Positions 48,462 to 58,670 of a stretch of DNA of 64,000 nucleotides are shown piece by piece. This stretch comes from an uncultured Ignavibacteria bacterium. GTDB taxonomy: Bacteria > Bacteroidota > Ignavibacteria > Tepidaquicellales > OLB5. Below the pieces are notes generated by a model. The model was not told the origin of the DNA and made no database searches. It saw nothing but the letters and a program-made list of their open reading frames with translations. Every line of letters begins with the position of its first letter. Positions within the stretch are counted from its first letter, which is position 1. A program made the position numbers and the translations under genes. The stretch is from the NCBI GenBank assembly GCA_937873695.1, contig CALMYL010000006.1, positions 289,185-353,184 on the forward strand, given 5' to 3'.

Positions 48462-48566
48462 TTAGTAAATTTCCTTCCGTAATATAATATGAAATATATC
48501 AATATTAAATAACGATTATTTCCGGTATAAATTCTGAAATTGAATAAGTCAGAATTTTTATTAACT

Positions 48567-48594
48567 TTTGTGTATGCATCAGAAACTAAATTTG
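48567..48594 (+). promoter_or_regulatory. promoter candidate giving a leaderless or near-leaderless mRNA
   Basis: TTTG at 48567-48570, a 16-nt spacer, then TAAATTTG at 48587-48594. The ATG at 48602 is only 7 nt after the box and no SD is present. Confidence 0.35.
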
Positions 48595-48601
48595 ATCTTT
48601 A

Positions 48602-49003
48602 ATGGAAATAAATTCTGAATTTATACTTTATGTTTCAGATCAGAAGAACAGCAGGGATTTTTACTCCAAAGTACTGAATATGGAACCTGGGCTTGATGTT
48701 GAGGGAATGACTGAATTTCAGCTTTCCGGTAGGACCAAACTTGGACTGATGCCTTATGCAGGGATAAGAAAAATACTGGAAAAGTATACTCCTGATCCCG
48801 GGTCAGCTGCCGGTATCCCTCGATGTGAATTGTACCTGCTTTCGGAAAACGCGGCAGAATACTGCAGTCGGGCTTTGGCCGCAGGGGCAATTGAAATTAG
48901 TCCATTGAAAATAAGGGATTGGGGAGATAGTGCTGCATATTATTCAGATCCCGATGGTCATATAGTTGTCTTTGCCGAGAAATTATTTACAGATCAAAAA
49001 TGA
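48602..49003 (+). CDS. VOC/glyoxalase-family protein
   Basis: 133 aa. The N-terminal FILYVSDQKNSRDFYSKVL and C-terminal YYSDPDGHIVVF are typical of the VOC fold. Confidence 0.6.
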   Translation: MEINSEFILYVSDQKNSRDFYSKVLNMEPGLDVEGMTEFQLSGRTKLGLMPYAGIRKILEKYTPDPGSAAGIPRCELYLLSENAAEYCSRALAAGAIEISPLKIRDWGDSAAYYSDPDGHIVVFAEKLFTDQK

Positions 49004-49536
49004 ATGATAATTCATCTCATATTAGCATCAGCATACTGGAAGAAGGGGACCTCAAAACTCTTGTAACCTGGGCTGAAGATGAAAAAACAATGCTGCAATG
49101 GTGCGGACCGGTGTTTGATTATCCTTTGACTGTTGAACAACTGAGTGTGTATTTTGCAGAGACCCAAAAACCTGCACCCGGCAGGATAATCCATAAGGCT
49201 GTTGATACTAACGGTAATATAGCGGGTATGTGTGAACTTGGTGCAATTGACAGAAGAAACGGTATAGCATCATTGTGCAGGATATTTACCGGCAAGAATT
49301 ACCGCGGAAAGGGAATTGCAGAATTGATGATATCAGAAATGATAAATTACGCGTTTGGTGAGCTTGATTTGCGCCGGCTTGAACTGAACGTTTATACCTT
49401 CAATCTGCCTGCAATAAAATGTTACGAAAAACTGGGTTTTAAACAGGAAGGTTTAAAACGTAAAATTACACAGTATAATAATGAATATTGGGACGGTTAC
49501 TTCTATTCATTGCTGAAAGAAGAATGGAAAATCTGA
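49000..49536 (+). CDS. GNAT N-acetyltransferase
   Basis: Acetyl-CoA loop YRGKGIAELMI and LELNVYTFNLPAIKCYEKLGF. It overlaps the VOC gene by 4 nt. Confidence 0.8.
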   Translation: MNDNSSHISISILEEGDLKTLVTWAEDEKTMLQWCGPVFDYPLTVEQLSVYFAETQKPAPGRIIHKAVDTNGNIAGMCELGAIDRRNGIASLCRIFTGKNYRGKGIAELMISEMINYAFGELDLRRLELNVYTFNLPAIKCYEKLGFKQEGLKRKITQYNNEYWDGYFYSLLKEEWKI

Positions 49537-49551
49537 ATTTTCCGGATGCTT

Positions 49552-50028
49552 TTATTTTTCCTGCCCGGTTATTCTAAGTAACCTTTCTATCAGCGGAATC
49601 TGTGTTCCTTTTATCTTTTGTTTTGCTTCTTCAATACCAAAGAACCCCACCTTATCAACCTCGGGAAATTCTCTGTATTCCCCCGAGTTTGGCGGCCATT
49701 CTTCTTCAAAAAAATTGCACTCATGTACATAATTCTTCGGCAGGTCGCTTTCAAATGCCCATGCAAATACTTCTTTGCCGCCTTTTTGAACAATTGAACC
49801 AAGGGGGATAAACTCACCAATAGGCGTTATTCCTGTTTCTTCCTTAAACTCGCGTATAGCGGTTACAAGAAGTTCTTCTTCAGTATCAGGTTCCCCTTTT
49901 GGTATGCTCCAGTGTCCATCATCTTTTTTGTGAAAATACGGTCCGCCCGGATGGGCAAGAAAAACTTCTGTTTCGCCGTTTACCCTGCGGAACATGATCA
50001 ATCCCGCGCTCTTTCTTCTTCCTGCCAT
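49552..50028 (-). CDS. NUDIX-domain protein
   Basis: Nudix box GEPDTEEELLVTAIREFKEETG. Confidence 0.75.
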   Translation of the reverse strand: MAGRRKSAGLIMFRRVNGETEVFLAHPGGPYFHKKDDGHWSIPKGEPDTEEELLVTAIREFKEETGITPIGEFIPLGSIVQKGGKEVFAWAFESDLPKNYVHECNFFEEEWPPNSGEYREFPEVDKVGFFGIEEAKQKIKGTQIPLIERLLRITGQEK

Positions 50029-50029
50029 T

Positions 50030-51154
50030 TTATGAAGTGTAATATTTAACTAAATTATTTATCATTATATCAAAAGTGAAGACTTCTTCTGCGCGCTTTC
50101 TGCCAGCCAACGCGAATTTTTTTCTCAGCTCTTGGCTGTTGATGAGTTTTTCCAGCGCTTCGGCCTGCCCGGCGGCATCGCCCGGTTTAAATAGTAATCC
50201 TGTTTCGTTCTCTATAGTGATATCAAGTACACCTGCAAAGCCGCTTGCGGCTGTCGGAATTTCCAGCGCCATAGCTTCCAGCAGAACCCTCCCGAATGAT
50301 TCATCATGCGAGGGGAATGAAAGAATATCAATTGCCATCATTGTTCTTTCGGGCACGGGGGAGTGACCGGTAAACAGAATATTCCTGAGTTTAAGTTCAT
50401 TGGCTAATGCCCTGATACTCTTTTCGTAATCTTCTTCGCCGTAACTTGCACTGCCAATAACAAGAAAATATATTTTATCAGCGTATTTTTCGTTCAGTAT
50501 CTTTGCAGCATGCAGGAATTCCTCATGGCCCTTGCCCGGTGTCATTCTGCCGGTAATTCCAATTATTAACCTTCCTTCCGGCAGAGCAAGTTCCCTTTTG
50601 ACTGCTTCAGGGCTAAACCTGCTTTTGCTGAATCTTGTCAGGTCTATTCCAACGGGCAGCAAAATTATCTTGCTCTCCGGCAGCGGTACGGTGTTTTCAA
50701 GGCTTTGTTTAATGTAAGTAGAAATGGCAAATGCAGCATCAAGTCTTTTGTAAAGGTATTTATGAACCAGATCATTTTTTTTAACTCCGCTTGCCATATG
50801 TTTTGTTAAGTACAATTTGGTTTTACTGCCCGCCAGGTTTAATGCGGGTGTTAATACCCAAAGGTCATGCGAGTGGTTTGAATGGATCACGTCAGTTCCG
50901 GAATTTACCAGGTACTTTTTCAGTTTAAAAACTGCTGACGGGATATTTTTGTTATTTCCAAAGTAGGGAAGAGCTTCAAAACCGGCTTTTATAGATTCTT
51001 CGTAAAGTTTTGAGTTTTCAGTACACAGAATTTTTACATTCATCTCCTTTTCAGTAAGCTTTTTTGCGGTTTCAAGAGAAAACATTTCCAGCCCTCCCCA
51101 GGAATATGAACCGCAGGAGATCAAAATATTTAATTTATGATTATTTTTCTGCAT
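50030..51154 (-). CDS. glycosyltransferase family 4 (GT-B)
   Basis: 374 aa with an N-terminal GGLE motif and the C-terminal E-x7-E region SHDESFGRVLLEAMALEIP. Confidence 0.85.
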   Translation of the reverse strand: MQKNNHKLNILISCGSYSWGGLEMFSLETAKKLTEKEMNVKILCTENSKLYEESIKAGFEALPYFGNNKNIPSAVFKLKKYLVNSGTDVIHSNHSHDLWVLTPALNLAGSKTKLYLTKHMASGVKKNDLVHKYLYKRLDAAFAISTYIKQSLENTVPLPESKIILLPVGIDLTRFSKSRFSPEAVKRELALPEGRLIIGITGRMTPGKGHEEFLHAAKILNEKYADKIYFLVIGSASYGEEDYEKSIRALANELKLRNILFTGHSPVPERTMMAIDILSFPSHDESFGRVLLEAMALEIPTAASGFAGVLDITIENETGLLFKPGDAAGQAEALEKLINSQELRKKFALAGRKRAEEVFTFDIMINNLVKYYTS

Positions 51155-51421
51155 ATTTATACAAATTTAACTGCAATAATCGAGAAGATAAAGTAATTGT
51201 AAAATATATCTTAGCAAGTAACGTTTTGGCGGTATTGAAGCTATACCGTATTAATGCTAACTTAATAATCCATTTCAGAAGATTTTAAATGAAGGTTCAT
51301 CAAAACAGGGAAAAATGCAGAAAAATGAAAAATTCATGAGGTAGAAGAAAGTCTGACTTACAGACTTATAAAAATATACGTAATCTTGGAAAAAAATATG
51401 TTGAAAAAGAGGGTACTTTAA

Positions 51422-54400
51422 GTGAGTGAACTTAACGGAACCCCGCGTATAATGGTAGTTGAAGATGAGGGTATAATAGCCCAGGACATTAAGAACTGTC
51501 TTGAGGGCCTTGGATATATTGTGCCCGATGTTGTATTCACCGGAAGAGAGGCTATATCCCGGGCGGAAGAACTGCGCCCTGACCTTGTATTGATGGATAT
51601 TGTACTTAAAGGTGATATTGACGGAATTGAGACAGCGGCCGAAATAAGAAAAAAATATAATATTCCGATTGTATATTTAACCGCTTACGAAGATGACCGC
51701 ACGCTGAAGCGCGCCAAAATGACCGAACCCTTAGGTTATATATTAAAACCATTCGAAGAACGATACCTGCGTTCAAGCATAGAAATGGCGCTTTACAAGC
51801 ACCAGATGGAAACCAAGCTTAAAGAAAATGAGCGCTGGCTCAGCGCTATCTTAAAAAGCGTGGGTGATGCAGTTATAGTTACCGATCAGTTTGGCTTCAT
51901 AAAGTTCCTGAATCCGGTAGCCGAAGCGCTTACAGGCTGGACTTTGAAAGAAGTTGCAGGCAAAAGAATTTATGAACTGCTTCTTTTGCTTGATGAAGAT
52001 ACCCGGGAACCGATGGCAAATCCTATTGAGAAGGTGCTTTCGGAAAACATTGTTATTGGAAGAAGTAACCATACTGTGCTTATAGCCCGTGACGGACGGG
52101 AGATATCCATTGACCACAGCTCCTCGCCACTGAGAGATGACAAAGGAAGACTTACCGGGGCAGTACTGATTCTTCAGGATATAACCGAGCGTAAGATCTC
52201 TGAAACAGCCCTTAGGGAAAGCGAAACCAAATTCCGTAACCTGTTTGATTATGCTACTGACGCAATATTTGTCCAATCGTTAAACGGCAGGATAATATCG
52301 GTCAATAACCAGGCAAGCAAATTGCTGGATTACACAAAAGAAGAACTCATCAAGATGAGATTTTCTGAACTGATAAATGAGAATATCATTGATAATACCT
52401 TTATGATATACTCGTCTCTGAAAGAAAAGGGAAATTACCAGTTTGAAACTCAGTACAGACGCAAGGATAATACTTATGTTGATGTTGAAATAAGTATGCG
52501 TTTGATAAAAATGCTGGATGAAGAAGTGGTTCAGCTTTTTGTGAGAGATATTACCGAGCGCAAGCAGGCGCAGGAAAAAATAGATATGCTTGCTATGGCA
52601 GTTAAAGGTATATCTGAATGCGTAAGCATAACCGATCTTGACGGTAAAGTAATATTCATTAACGACGCTTTTGAAAAAATTTACGGGTACACCAAAGAAG
52701 ATATAATTGGCAAAGCTATTAACTTTGTAAGAAGCCACAACAATCCTCCGGATATAAATAACGACATACTTGAACAGACTCAGAAAGGCGGCTGGCAGGG
52801 AGAGCTTCTGAACAGGGCTAAAGACGGGAGAGAGTTCCCCGTATATCTTTCAACATCAATACTCAGGAATGAAAAGGGTGACCCGGTTGCCCATATAGGT
52901 ATTGCAAGCGATATTACCGAAAGGAAAAAGGCCGAAGAAGCTGTTAAGCAAAGCGAAAAGCGTTTTCAGGATCTTTATGACAGTGCGCCTGACATGTATT
53001 TTTCTATTTCGCCAACCGGCAAAGTTAAATCTGTAAACCGGTTCGGCGCTGAGTATCTTGGTTACGAGATAAATGAACTTATAGGCAATGAAGTATGGAA
53101 AGTGGTACATCCCGAGGACAGGGAACTGGTTATTGAAAGGATAAGCGAGATCTTTTCGAAGAAACTGGAAAGCGCAAAACTTGAATTCAGAAAGCTTCGG
53201 AAAGATGGCAGCGTTATATGGGTAAATGAAAGCACAAGGCTGATTTCTGATATTAACGGTATTCCCCGTGAATTGTTCATTATTTGCCGCGATATAACTC
53301 CTAACAAAGAGTTCCAGATAGCGCTTCTTGAAAGTGAGAAGAAGTACAGAAACCTTGCGCAGAATGCACCTGTATCTGTTGCGAGATTTTCTATGACTAC
53401 CAATGATTTTGAATATGCCAACGATGAATTTGCCAGACAGATGGGATGCTCGGTGGAAGAATACAGCCACTTGCCAAGGGAAGATAAAACAAACATTATC
53501 TTTGTTGAAGACAGAAAGAAAGTACAGGATAATTATGACCTTTGGAAGAAGAATGGTTTTAAAGGGATGCTTCATTTTGATTACAGGATACTGAACCGTA
53601 AGAATGAATTGATATGGCTTGATACCTTCATTTATGCTGATTTTGACGATTCCGGCAGAGCTGTGATGATGAATGAAATATGTATTGATATCACTGAACG
53701 CAAGAAAGCCGAACTGGCCATACTTGAAAGCGAAAAGAAATACAAAAATCTGGCTGCCAATGCTCCAATCGCGGTTACGCGCATAAACGCTGAGACCATG
53801 AAATATGAGTATGTGAATGACGAGTTTTCAAGACAAACCGGTTACAGCATGGTTGAGTATAATTCTCTTGATGATATCTCTCTTAAATCAATGGCTTACC
53901 CGGAAGATAGTGATCGTGTAAAGCAGTTCTTTAACAAGTGGCGGGAAGATGGTTACAAAGACACTCAGCATATTGATTACAGGACATTTAACAGGCTTGG
54001 CGATCTTATTTGGGTTGATACGTTCCTGTTTGCTGATTTTGATGAAAAAGGAAACGTTGCTGCCATAAACCAGATTTGTATAGATATAACAGAACAGAAA
54101 AAGGCGCAGGAAAAGATAATTGAGAATGAAAATAAATACAAGAATCTTGCGGCAAATGCGCCTGTAGCTGTTACCCGGGTTATGCTTAAGAGCGGTGCTT
54201 ACGATTTTGTGAATGATGAATTCATAAGACAGTCAGGTTATTCAATGGATGAATTCAATCAGTTAACTGATAGCGATCTTGTGGATATGATACATTTGGA
54301 CGACAGGGAAAAAGTATTTAATTTTTATAAAAACTGGTCAGCAGAAGGATATACAGGCACCCAGCATATTGATTACAGGATTGTTAACAGGCATAAACAG

Positions 54401-56788
54401 GTTATTTGGCTTGATACTTATTTGTATGCTGAATACGAAAAGAACGGTGAGGCCGTTGCAATAAACCAGATTTGCATAGATATCACCGAACGCAAACGGG
54501 CTGAATCAGAGCTATCTGAAAAAGATAAGAGATTCAAGGCGCTGATAGAAAATATAACTGACCTAATTTCTCTGGTAGATCAAAGCGGTAAAATAATATA
54601 TGCAAGCCCTTCTGTTACAAAAATTCTGGGCTACGACCCTGAGCATTATATCGGCAGGAATATCTTCGAGTTCATCAACACAGAAGATACATTAACCGCC
54701 GAGGCGCTGTTTAAAGATGTTCTTCAGGAAGAAGGCAGAATTGTGAACAATGTACAGTTCAGGTTCAGGCACAATGACGGGCATTGGATGTGGCACGAAG
54801 CTACAGCGCACAATCTTATTAACGACCCGGCGATCGGCGCGATCGTTTTTAACTACAGGGATATAACTGAGCGTAAAAAAGCTGAGAAGGAGATCCTTCT
54901 TCAAAAATCTTACTTCCAGCAGCTGTTCGAGAACTCTCCGGAAGGTATAGTTGTTTTGGATAACCAGGATAGAATTCTAAATGCCAACAAAGGGTTTGAA
55001 AGGATGTTTCAGTTCAGCGCCGAGGAAATTAAAGGCAAAACTCTGAATGATATCATTGTTCCTGAAAGTATGCTCGAACAGGCAACTCAGATGACACTGT
55101 TTGTGCTTAAGGGCGAGATCATTCACAGGGAAACTGAACGAAAACGCAAGGATGGCAGTACGGTTGATGTTGCGGTACTTGCCTATCCCATAACGCTTGA
55201 AGAAAACCAGATTGGCGTTTACGGAATATACAGCGATATTACAGAACGTAAAGAGACCGAAAAGGCTTTACGGAACAGTGAAGAGAGATACAGGGCTTTT
55301 GTAAAACAAAGCACAGAAGGTATCTGGCGATTTGAGTTCCTTGAACCTGTTTCAACAAAGCTGCCGATTGATGAGCAGGTTAAAAATGTGTTCAGATACG
55401 GCTACCTGGCAGAGTGTAACGATGTATTTGCAAAAATGTACGGGTATGAAGCAGCCGCGGATATTGCCGGCGCCAGAATTGGCGAGCTTCTTATTGAAAC
55501 AGAACCCAAGAATATTGATTACATTCGCAGAAGCATAATGAACGGATATAAGATCGATAACATCGAATCGCTTGAGCGGGATAAAGACGGTAAAACCAAG
55601 ATATTTATGAATAACCTGGTAGGTATTGTTGAGAATGATGCTCTCATCAGAATGTGGGGTTCACAGCGGGATATTACTGAATCCAAAAAAGCCCAGGAAG
55701 AATTAAGTAAAACACAGTTCAGGCTGGCAACATTGCTTAAGAACCTGCAGGATGTAGTTTTATACGAAACCGGAGGCGGAAAAGAATTTATGTCTGAAAA
55801 TGTGTATGAAATGCTTGGATATAACGCCGAGATGTTCAGTGACCGTGACTTCTTCAGGACAATTACACACCCCGGTGACTGGAAAGCCATCGAGGAAAAA
55901 ACTAAAGACTGGAATCGGGCAGGCTCTCCGGGTGTACTGAATCTTGAATTCAGGGTAAGAAGAGCAGACGGCAGGTACATATGGGTTGAAGATCATATGA
56001 TAAAAGTACGCAATAACGGAGACTCACATATGGCTGGTGTGCTGATTAATATTACTGAACATAAAACCACCGAAGAAAAACTAAAACAGCTGGCCGAAAA
56101 ACTCTCTCAATCAAATAAAGAGCTTGAACAGTTTGCATATGTTGCATCTCATGACCTGCAGGAACCATTAAGAATGGTAGCAAGCTATATCCAGCTTCTG
56201 CAAAGAAGGTACAAAGGAAATATCAGCGCCGAAGCGGATGAGTTTATCAATTATTCAGTTGATGGTGTTGTGAGGATGAAGACACTTATTAATGACCTGC
56301 TGGCATATTCAAGAGTTAATACCAAAGAAGCTCCTCTTGAAGATGTGGATGTAAACAAAATAGTGGCACAGAACCTGAAGAATCTCGCTGCATCAATCGG
56401 GGAAACGGGAGCGCAGATAAACTACGGGGAGTTACCTGTAGTAAGGGCTAATAGTCTTCATATTAATCAATTGTTCCAGAACCTGATAAGCAATGCGATC
56501 AAATTCAGAAAACCTGATGTTAATCCTGTAGTTAATATTTCGGCTAAACATGCAGGTGATGAATGGCTCTTTACCGTATCAGATAACGGTATCGGGATAG
56601 ATAAAGAATTCAGCGATAAGATATTTGTCATATTCCAGAGGCTGCATAACAGTTCAGAGTATCCCGGAACAGGTATTGGACTTGCTATCTGCAAAAAAAT
56701 TGTTGAAAAACTGGGCGGTCACCTTTGGGTCGAGTCAGAACCCGGCAAAGGATCTACTTTCACTTTCACAATTCCCGATAAGGAATAA
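51422..56788 (+). CDS. hybrid sensor: N-terminal receiver + ~11 PAS modules + HisKA/HATPase histidine kinase
   Basis: 1788 aa with a GTG start. The REC region is IMVVEDE...DLVLMDIVL. Eleven inter-PAS linkers have the form DIT(E/P)x K. H-box is SHDLQEPLR, N-box NLISNAIKF, G-boxes DNGIGI and GTGIGLAICKKI. Confidence 0.85.
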   Translation: MSELNGTPRIMVVEDEGIIAQDIKNCLEGLGYIVPDVVFTGREAISRAEELRPDLVLMDIVLKGDIDGIETAAEIRKKYNIPIVYLTAYEDDRTLKRAKMTEPLGYILKPFEERYLRSSIEMALYKHQMETKLKENERWLSAILKSVGDAVIVTDQFGFIKFLNPVAEALTGWTLKEVAGKRIYELLLLLDEDTREPMANPIEKVLSENIVIGRSNHTVLIARDGREISIDHSSSPLRDDKGRLTGAVLILQDITERKISETALRESETKFRNLFDYATDAIFVQSLNGRIISVNNQASKLLDYTKEELIKMRFSELINENIIDNTFMIYSSLKEKGNYQFETQYRRKDNTYVDVEISMRLIKMLDEEVVQLFVRDITERKQAQEKIDMLAMAVKGISECVSITDLDGKVIFINDAFEKIYGYTKEDIIGKAINFVRSHNNPPDINNDILEQTQKGGWQGELLNRAKDGREFPVYLSTSILRNEKGDPVAHIGIASDITERKKAEEAVKQSEKRFQDLYDSAPDMYFSISPTGKVKSVNRFGAEYLGYEINELIGNEVWKVVHPEDRELVIERISEIFSKKLESAKLEFRKLRKDGSVIWVNESTRLISDINGIPRELFIICRDITPNKEFQIALLESEKKYRNLAQNAPVSVARFSMTTNDFEYANDEFARQMGCSVEEYSHLPREDKTNIIFVEDRKKVQDNYDLWKKNGFKGMLHFDYRILNRKNELIWLDTFIYADFDDSGRAVMMNEICIDITERKKAELAILESEKKYKNLAANAPIAVTRINAETMKYEYVNDEFSRQTGYSMVEYNSLDDISLKSMAYPEDSDRVKQFFNKWREDGYKDTQHIDYRTFNRLGDLIWVDTFLFADFDEKGNVAAINQICIDITEQKKAQEKIIENENKYKNLAANAPVAVTRVMLKSGAYDFVNDEFIRQSGYSMDEFNQLTDSDLVDMIHLDDREKVFNFYKNWSAEGYTGTQHIDYRIVNRHKQVIWLDTYLYAEYEKNGEAVAINQICIDITERKRAESELSEKDKRFKALIENITDLISLVDQSGKIIYASPSVTKILGYDPEHYIGRNIFEFINTEDTLTAEALFKDVLQEEGRIVNNVQFRFRHNDGHWMWHEATAHNLINDPAIGAIVFNYRDITERKKAEKEILLQKSYFQQLFENSPEGIVVLDNQDRILNANKGFERMFQFSAEEIKGKTLNDIIVPESMLEQATQMTLFVLKGEIIHRETERKRKDGSTVDVAVLAYPITLEENQIGVYGIYSDITERKETEKALRNSEERYRAFVKQSTEGIWRFEFLEPVSTKLPIDEQVKNVFRYGYLAECNDVFAKMYGYEAAADIAGARIGELLIETEPKNIDYIRRSIMNGYKIDNIESLERDKDGKTKIFMNNLVGIVENDALIRMWGSQRDITESKKAQEELSKTQFRLATLLKNLQDVVLYETGGGKEFMSENVYEMLGYNAEMFSDRDFFRTITHPGDWKAIEEKTKDWNRAGSPGVLNLEFRVRRADGRYIWVEDHMIKVRNNGDSHMAGVLINITEHKTTEEKLKQLAEKLSQSNKELEQFAYVASHDLQEPLRMVASYIQLLQRRYKGNISAEADEFINYSVDGVVRMKTLINDLLAYSRVNTKEAPLEDVDVNKIVAQNLKNLAASIGETGAQINYGELPVVRANSLHINQLFQNLISNAIKFRKPDVNPVVNISAKHAGDEWLFTVSDNGIGIDKEFSDKIFVIFQRLHNSSEYPGTGIGLAICKKIVEKLGGHLWVESEPGKGSTFTFTIPDKE
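53330..54517 (+). repeat. three tandem 396-nt (132-aa) PAS modules inside the kinase gene
   Basis: Units start at 53330 (ESEKKYRNLAQNAPVSVARF), 53726 (ESEKKYKNLAANAPIAVTRI) and 54122 (ENENKYKNLAANAPVAVTRV). Each ends in ICIDITE(R/Q)K. By eye they are roughly half identical. Confidence 0.8.
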
Positions 56789-56850
56789 GCTGCCTCCGGG
56801 TATACGTTTTTCTTCCCCCCTAAACTTCCGGTAAATCAAATTCTCTAACC

Positions 56851-56881
56851 TTGTTGTTGGTAGTTAATTTTGGTATTTTTG
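56851..56881 (+). promoter_or_regulatory. promoter candidate for the stand-alone receiver gene
   Basis: TTGTTG at 56851-56856, a 17-nt spacer, then TATTTTTG at 56874-56881. The ATG is at 56910. Confidence 0.3.
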
Positions 56882-56909
56882 AACTGTATGCATGAAATTA
56901 AATAGATAA

Positions 56910-57347
56910 ATGGACCATATTCCAAGAAATTTGCAGGTACTGCTTGTAGAAGATAACGAAGGTGATGTACGCCTCATAAAGGAAGCGTTCAGCGAAAGTA
57001 AGATCGATAAAACTTTTTCTGTTGCCCGTGATGGCGAAGAAGCATTAAATTATCTGTACGCGCGGGGCAAATATGCCGAAAGAACCAAACCCGATATTAT
57101 TCTGCTTGATATAAATCTGCCAAAAAAGAACGGCTTTGAAATACTTGAAAGCATCAAAAATGATCCTGTTCTTAAAAAGATCCCGGTGATAATGCTTAGC
57201 AGTTCCAGTTCAGAAGACCATATAACAAAATCATATGATCTGAATGCAAACTGCTATGTTACAAAGCCGGTTGATTTTGATGAATACACTCAGGCTGTTA
57301 AGATAATTGAAGACTTCTGGTTCCAGATGGCAAAGCTTCCCGGATAG
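56910..57347 (+). CDS. single-domain response regulator (receiver only)
   Basis: 145 aa with LLVEDNEGD, phospho-acceptor context DIILLDINLPKKNG, and YVTKP. Confidence 0.85.
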   Translation: MDHIPRNLQVLLVEDNEGDVRLIKEAFSESKIDKTFSVARDGEEALNYLYARGKYAERTKPDIILLDINLPKKNGFEILESIKNDPVLKKIPVIMLSSSSSEDHITKSYDLNANCYVTKPVDFDEYTQAVKIIEDFWFQMAKLPG

Positions 57348-57365
57348 CAAATATTAAACTAAAAT

Positions 57366-57403
57366 AAAAAGCCCGCAACGGTTATCCGCTGCGGGCTTTT
57401 TTT
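57366..57403. terminator. bidirectional rho-independent terminator between convergent genes
   Basis: AAAAA-GCCCGCAACGG-ttat-CCGCTGCGGGC-TTTTTTT. Confidence 0.8.
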
Positions 57404-57426
57404 GATTCTGCTTAAACCTAAAAATT

Positions 57427-57912
57427 TTAATCCAGCAATTTTTTAACTTCTGTTTCAAACTGCTCATATGTCTTGTTTCCCATGAACGTTTTTGAAAGTT
57501 TACCTTCTTTATCATAAAAGCCGGTGTATGGAATTTCTCCCTGCCAGGATTTATCAACATAAGTCATTAGTGCTTCCGGATTGCTGAAGTTGCCAAAGTA
57601 TGAGGTGAAATCAACCCCTTGTTTTTTTAAGAACGGAAGCAGTTTGGAATCATAATCTGCTTTATCATCAAGTGAGATAAATACCAGCACGAATTCCTTA
57701 TCCTTGTAATCTTTGTAAAGTTTTACAAGTTCAGGGAACTCCTTTACGCATGGCGGGCACCATGTTGCCCAGAAATTCACCAGAACCACCTTGCCTTTAG
57801 AGCCATCAACAACGGCTTTATACTCATCAATACTTGTGATGGTTTTTACTTCCTGTGAATATGAAAATGAGATTAAAAATAATAATGTTATGAGGCTTAC
57901 TGTATTTTTCAT
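57427..57912 (-). CDS. secreted TlpA/ResA-like thiol-disulfide oxidoreductase (thioredoxin fold)
   Basis: Signal peptide ...FSYS|Q and active site WATWCPPC. Confidence 0.8.
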   Translation of the reverse strand: MKNTVSLITLLFLISFSYSQEVKTITSIDEYKAVVDGSKGKVVLVNFWATWCPPCVKEFPELVKLYKDYKDKEFVLVFISLDDKADYDSKLLPFLKKQGVDFTSYFGNFSNPEALMTYVDKSWQGEIPYTGFYDKEGKLSKTFMGNKTYEQFETEVKKLLD

Positions 57913-57922
57913 TAATTAATTG

Positions 57923-58513
57923 TTATTTTTCAACCCTTTTGATCCCGCAGCCAAATGATTTGGTTTCTTTTACTGTAACATCTTTGCCAGAAGAAATTTC
58001 ATCTACTGCGATTTTCAGATCATGCGTGTTTTGTTCTGCCGCGGATTTGTTATCTGATATCCTTCCGTGATACATTACAGTGTTATCTTTGCTGATAACA
58101 AAAACCTCCGGTGTTCTTGTTGAGCCGAATATATCAGCAACAACGTTATTATTGTCCTTTAACATCGGAAACGAATAACTGTTCTTGTTTGCATGTTCTT
58201 TAACAACATCAGCACTTTCTGTGTTATTGGAATTTATAGCCCAAACGGTAAATCCTTTTTCAGAATATTCTTTCACATAATCATTTATCCTGTCATTGTA
58301 CGGCTGCACCCAGGGGCACTCGGTTGACCAAAACATTACTATCACTCCGGAATTAGAGTTCTTCAGCGCTTCGGAGAGGTTGTATGATTTACCGTCGAAA
58401 TTAGCAATGGTAAAATCTTCTATCTTGTCTCCGGGCCCTTTCGTAAATGCAAATGAATCCAGTGTAAATGCAAAAATTGCTAAAATCAGGCTTAAAACCA
58501 CTTTTCTTGACAA
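57923..58513 (-). CDS. secreted thioredoxin-fold (AhpC/TSA-redoxin-like) protein with a single-Cys CPWV motif
   Basis: Signal peptide and WSTECPWVQ in place of CxxC. The TTG start is preceded by AGGAGG. Confidence 0.65.
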   Translation of the reverse strand: MSRKVVLSLILAIFAFTLDSFAFTKGPGDKIEDFTIANFDGKSYNLSEALKNSNSGVIVMFWSTECPWVQPYNDRINDYVKEYSEKGFTVWAINSNNTESADVVKEHANKNSYSFPMLKDNNNVVADIFGSTRTPEVFVISKDNTVMYHGRISDNKSAAEQNTHDLKIAVDEISSGKDVTVKETKSFGCGIKRVEK

Positions 58514-58634
58514 ATTTTCCTCCTGTATGCTTATTTTAGTTAATACAATTTATAAAGATAATTTAATTATAAAAGTTTCAAAAATAGTGAAAGAAATTAT
58601 TTTTTTTGGCGTAAGAAATTTAAGATTTTTTGAT

Positions 58635-58642
58635 TAATTTTG
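58635..58642 (+). promoter_or_regulatory. -7 box candidate (TAATTTTG)
   Basis: Matches TAnnTTTG and lies 28 nt upstream of the ATG at 58671. Confidence 0.3.
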
Positions 58643-58670
58643 AAAAATCACTTAAACAAGGGATGGCAAT

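Noticed and set aside
52856-53575. 239-aa and other minus-strand ORFs (51851-52276, 52280-52738, 53062-53496, 55519-55980) inside the PAS kinase gene
   Set aside because: They are antisense to a continuous 1788-codon ORF with clear domain motifs, and there is no independent evidence for them.
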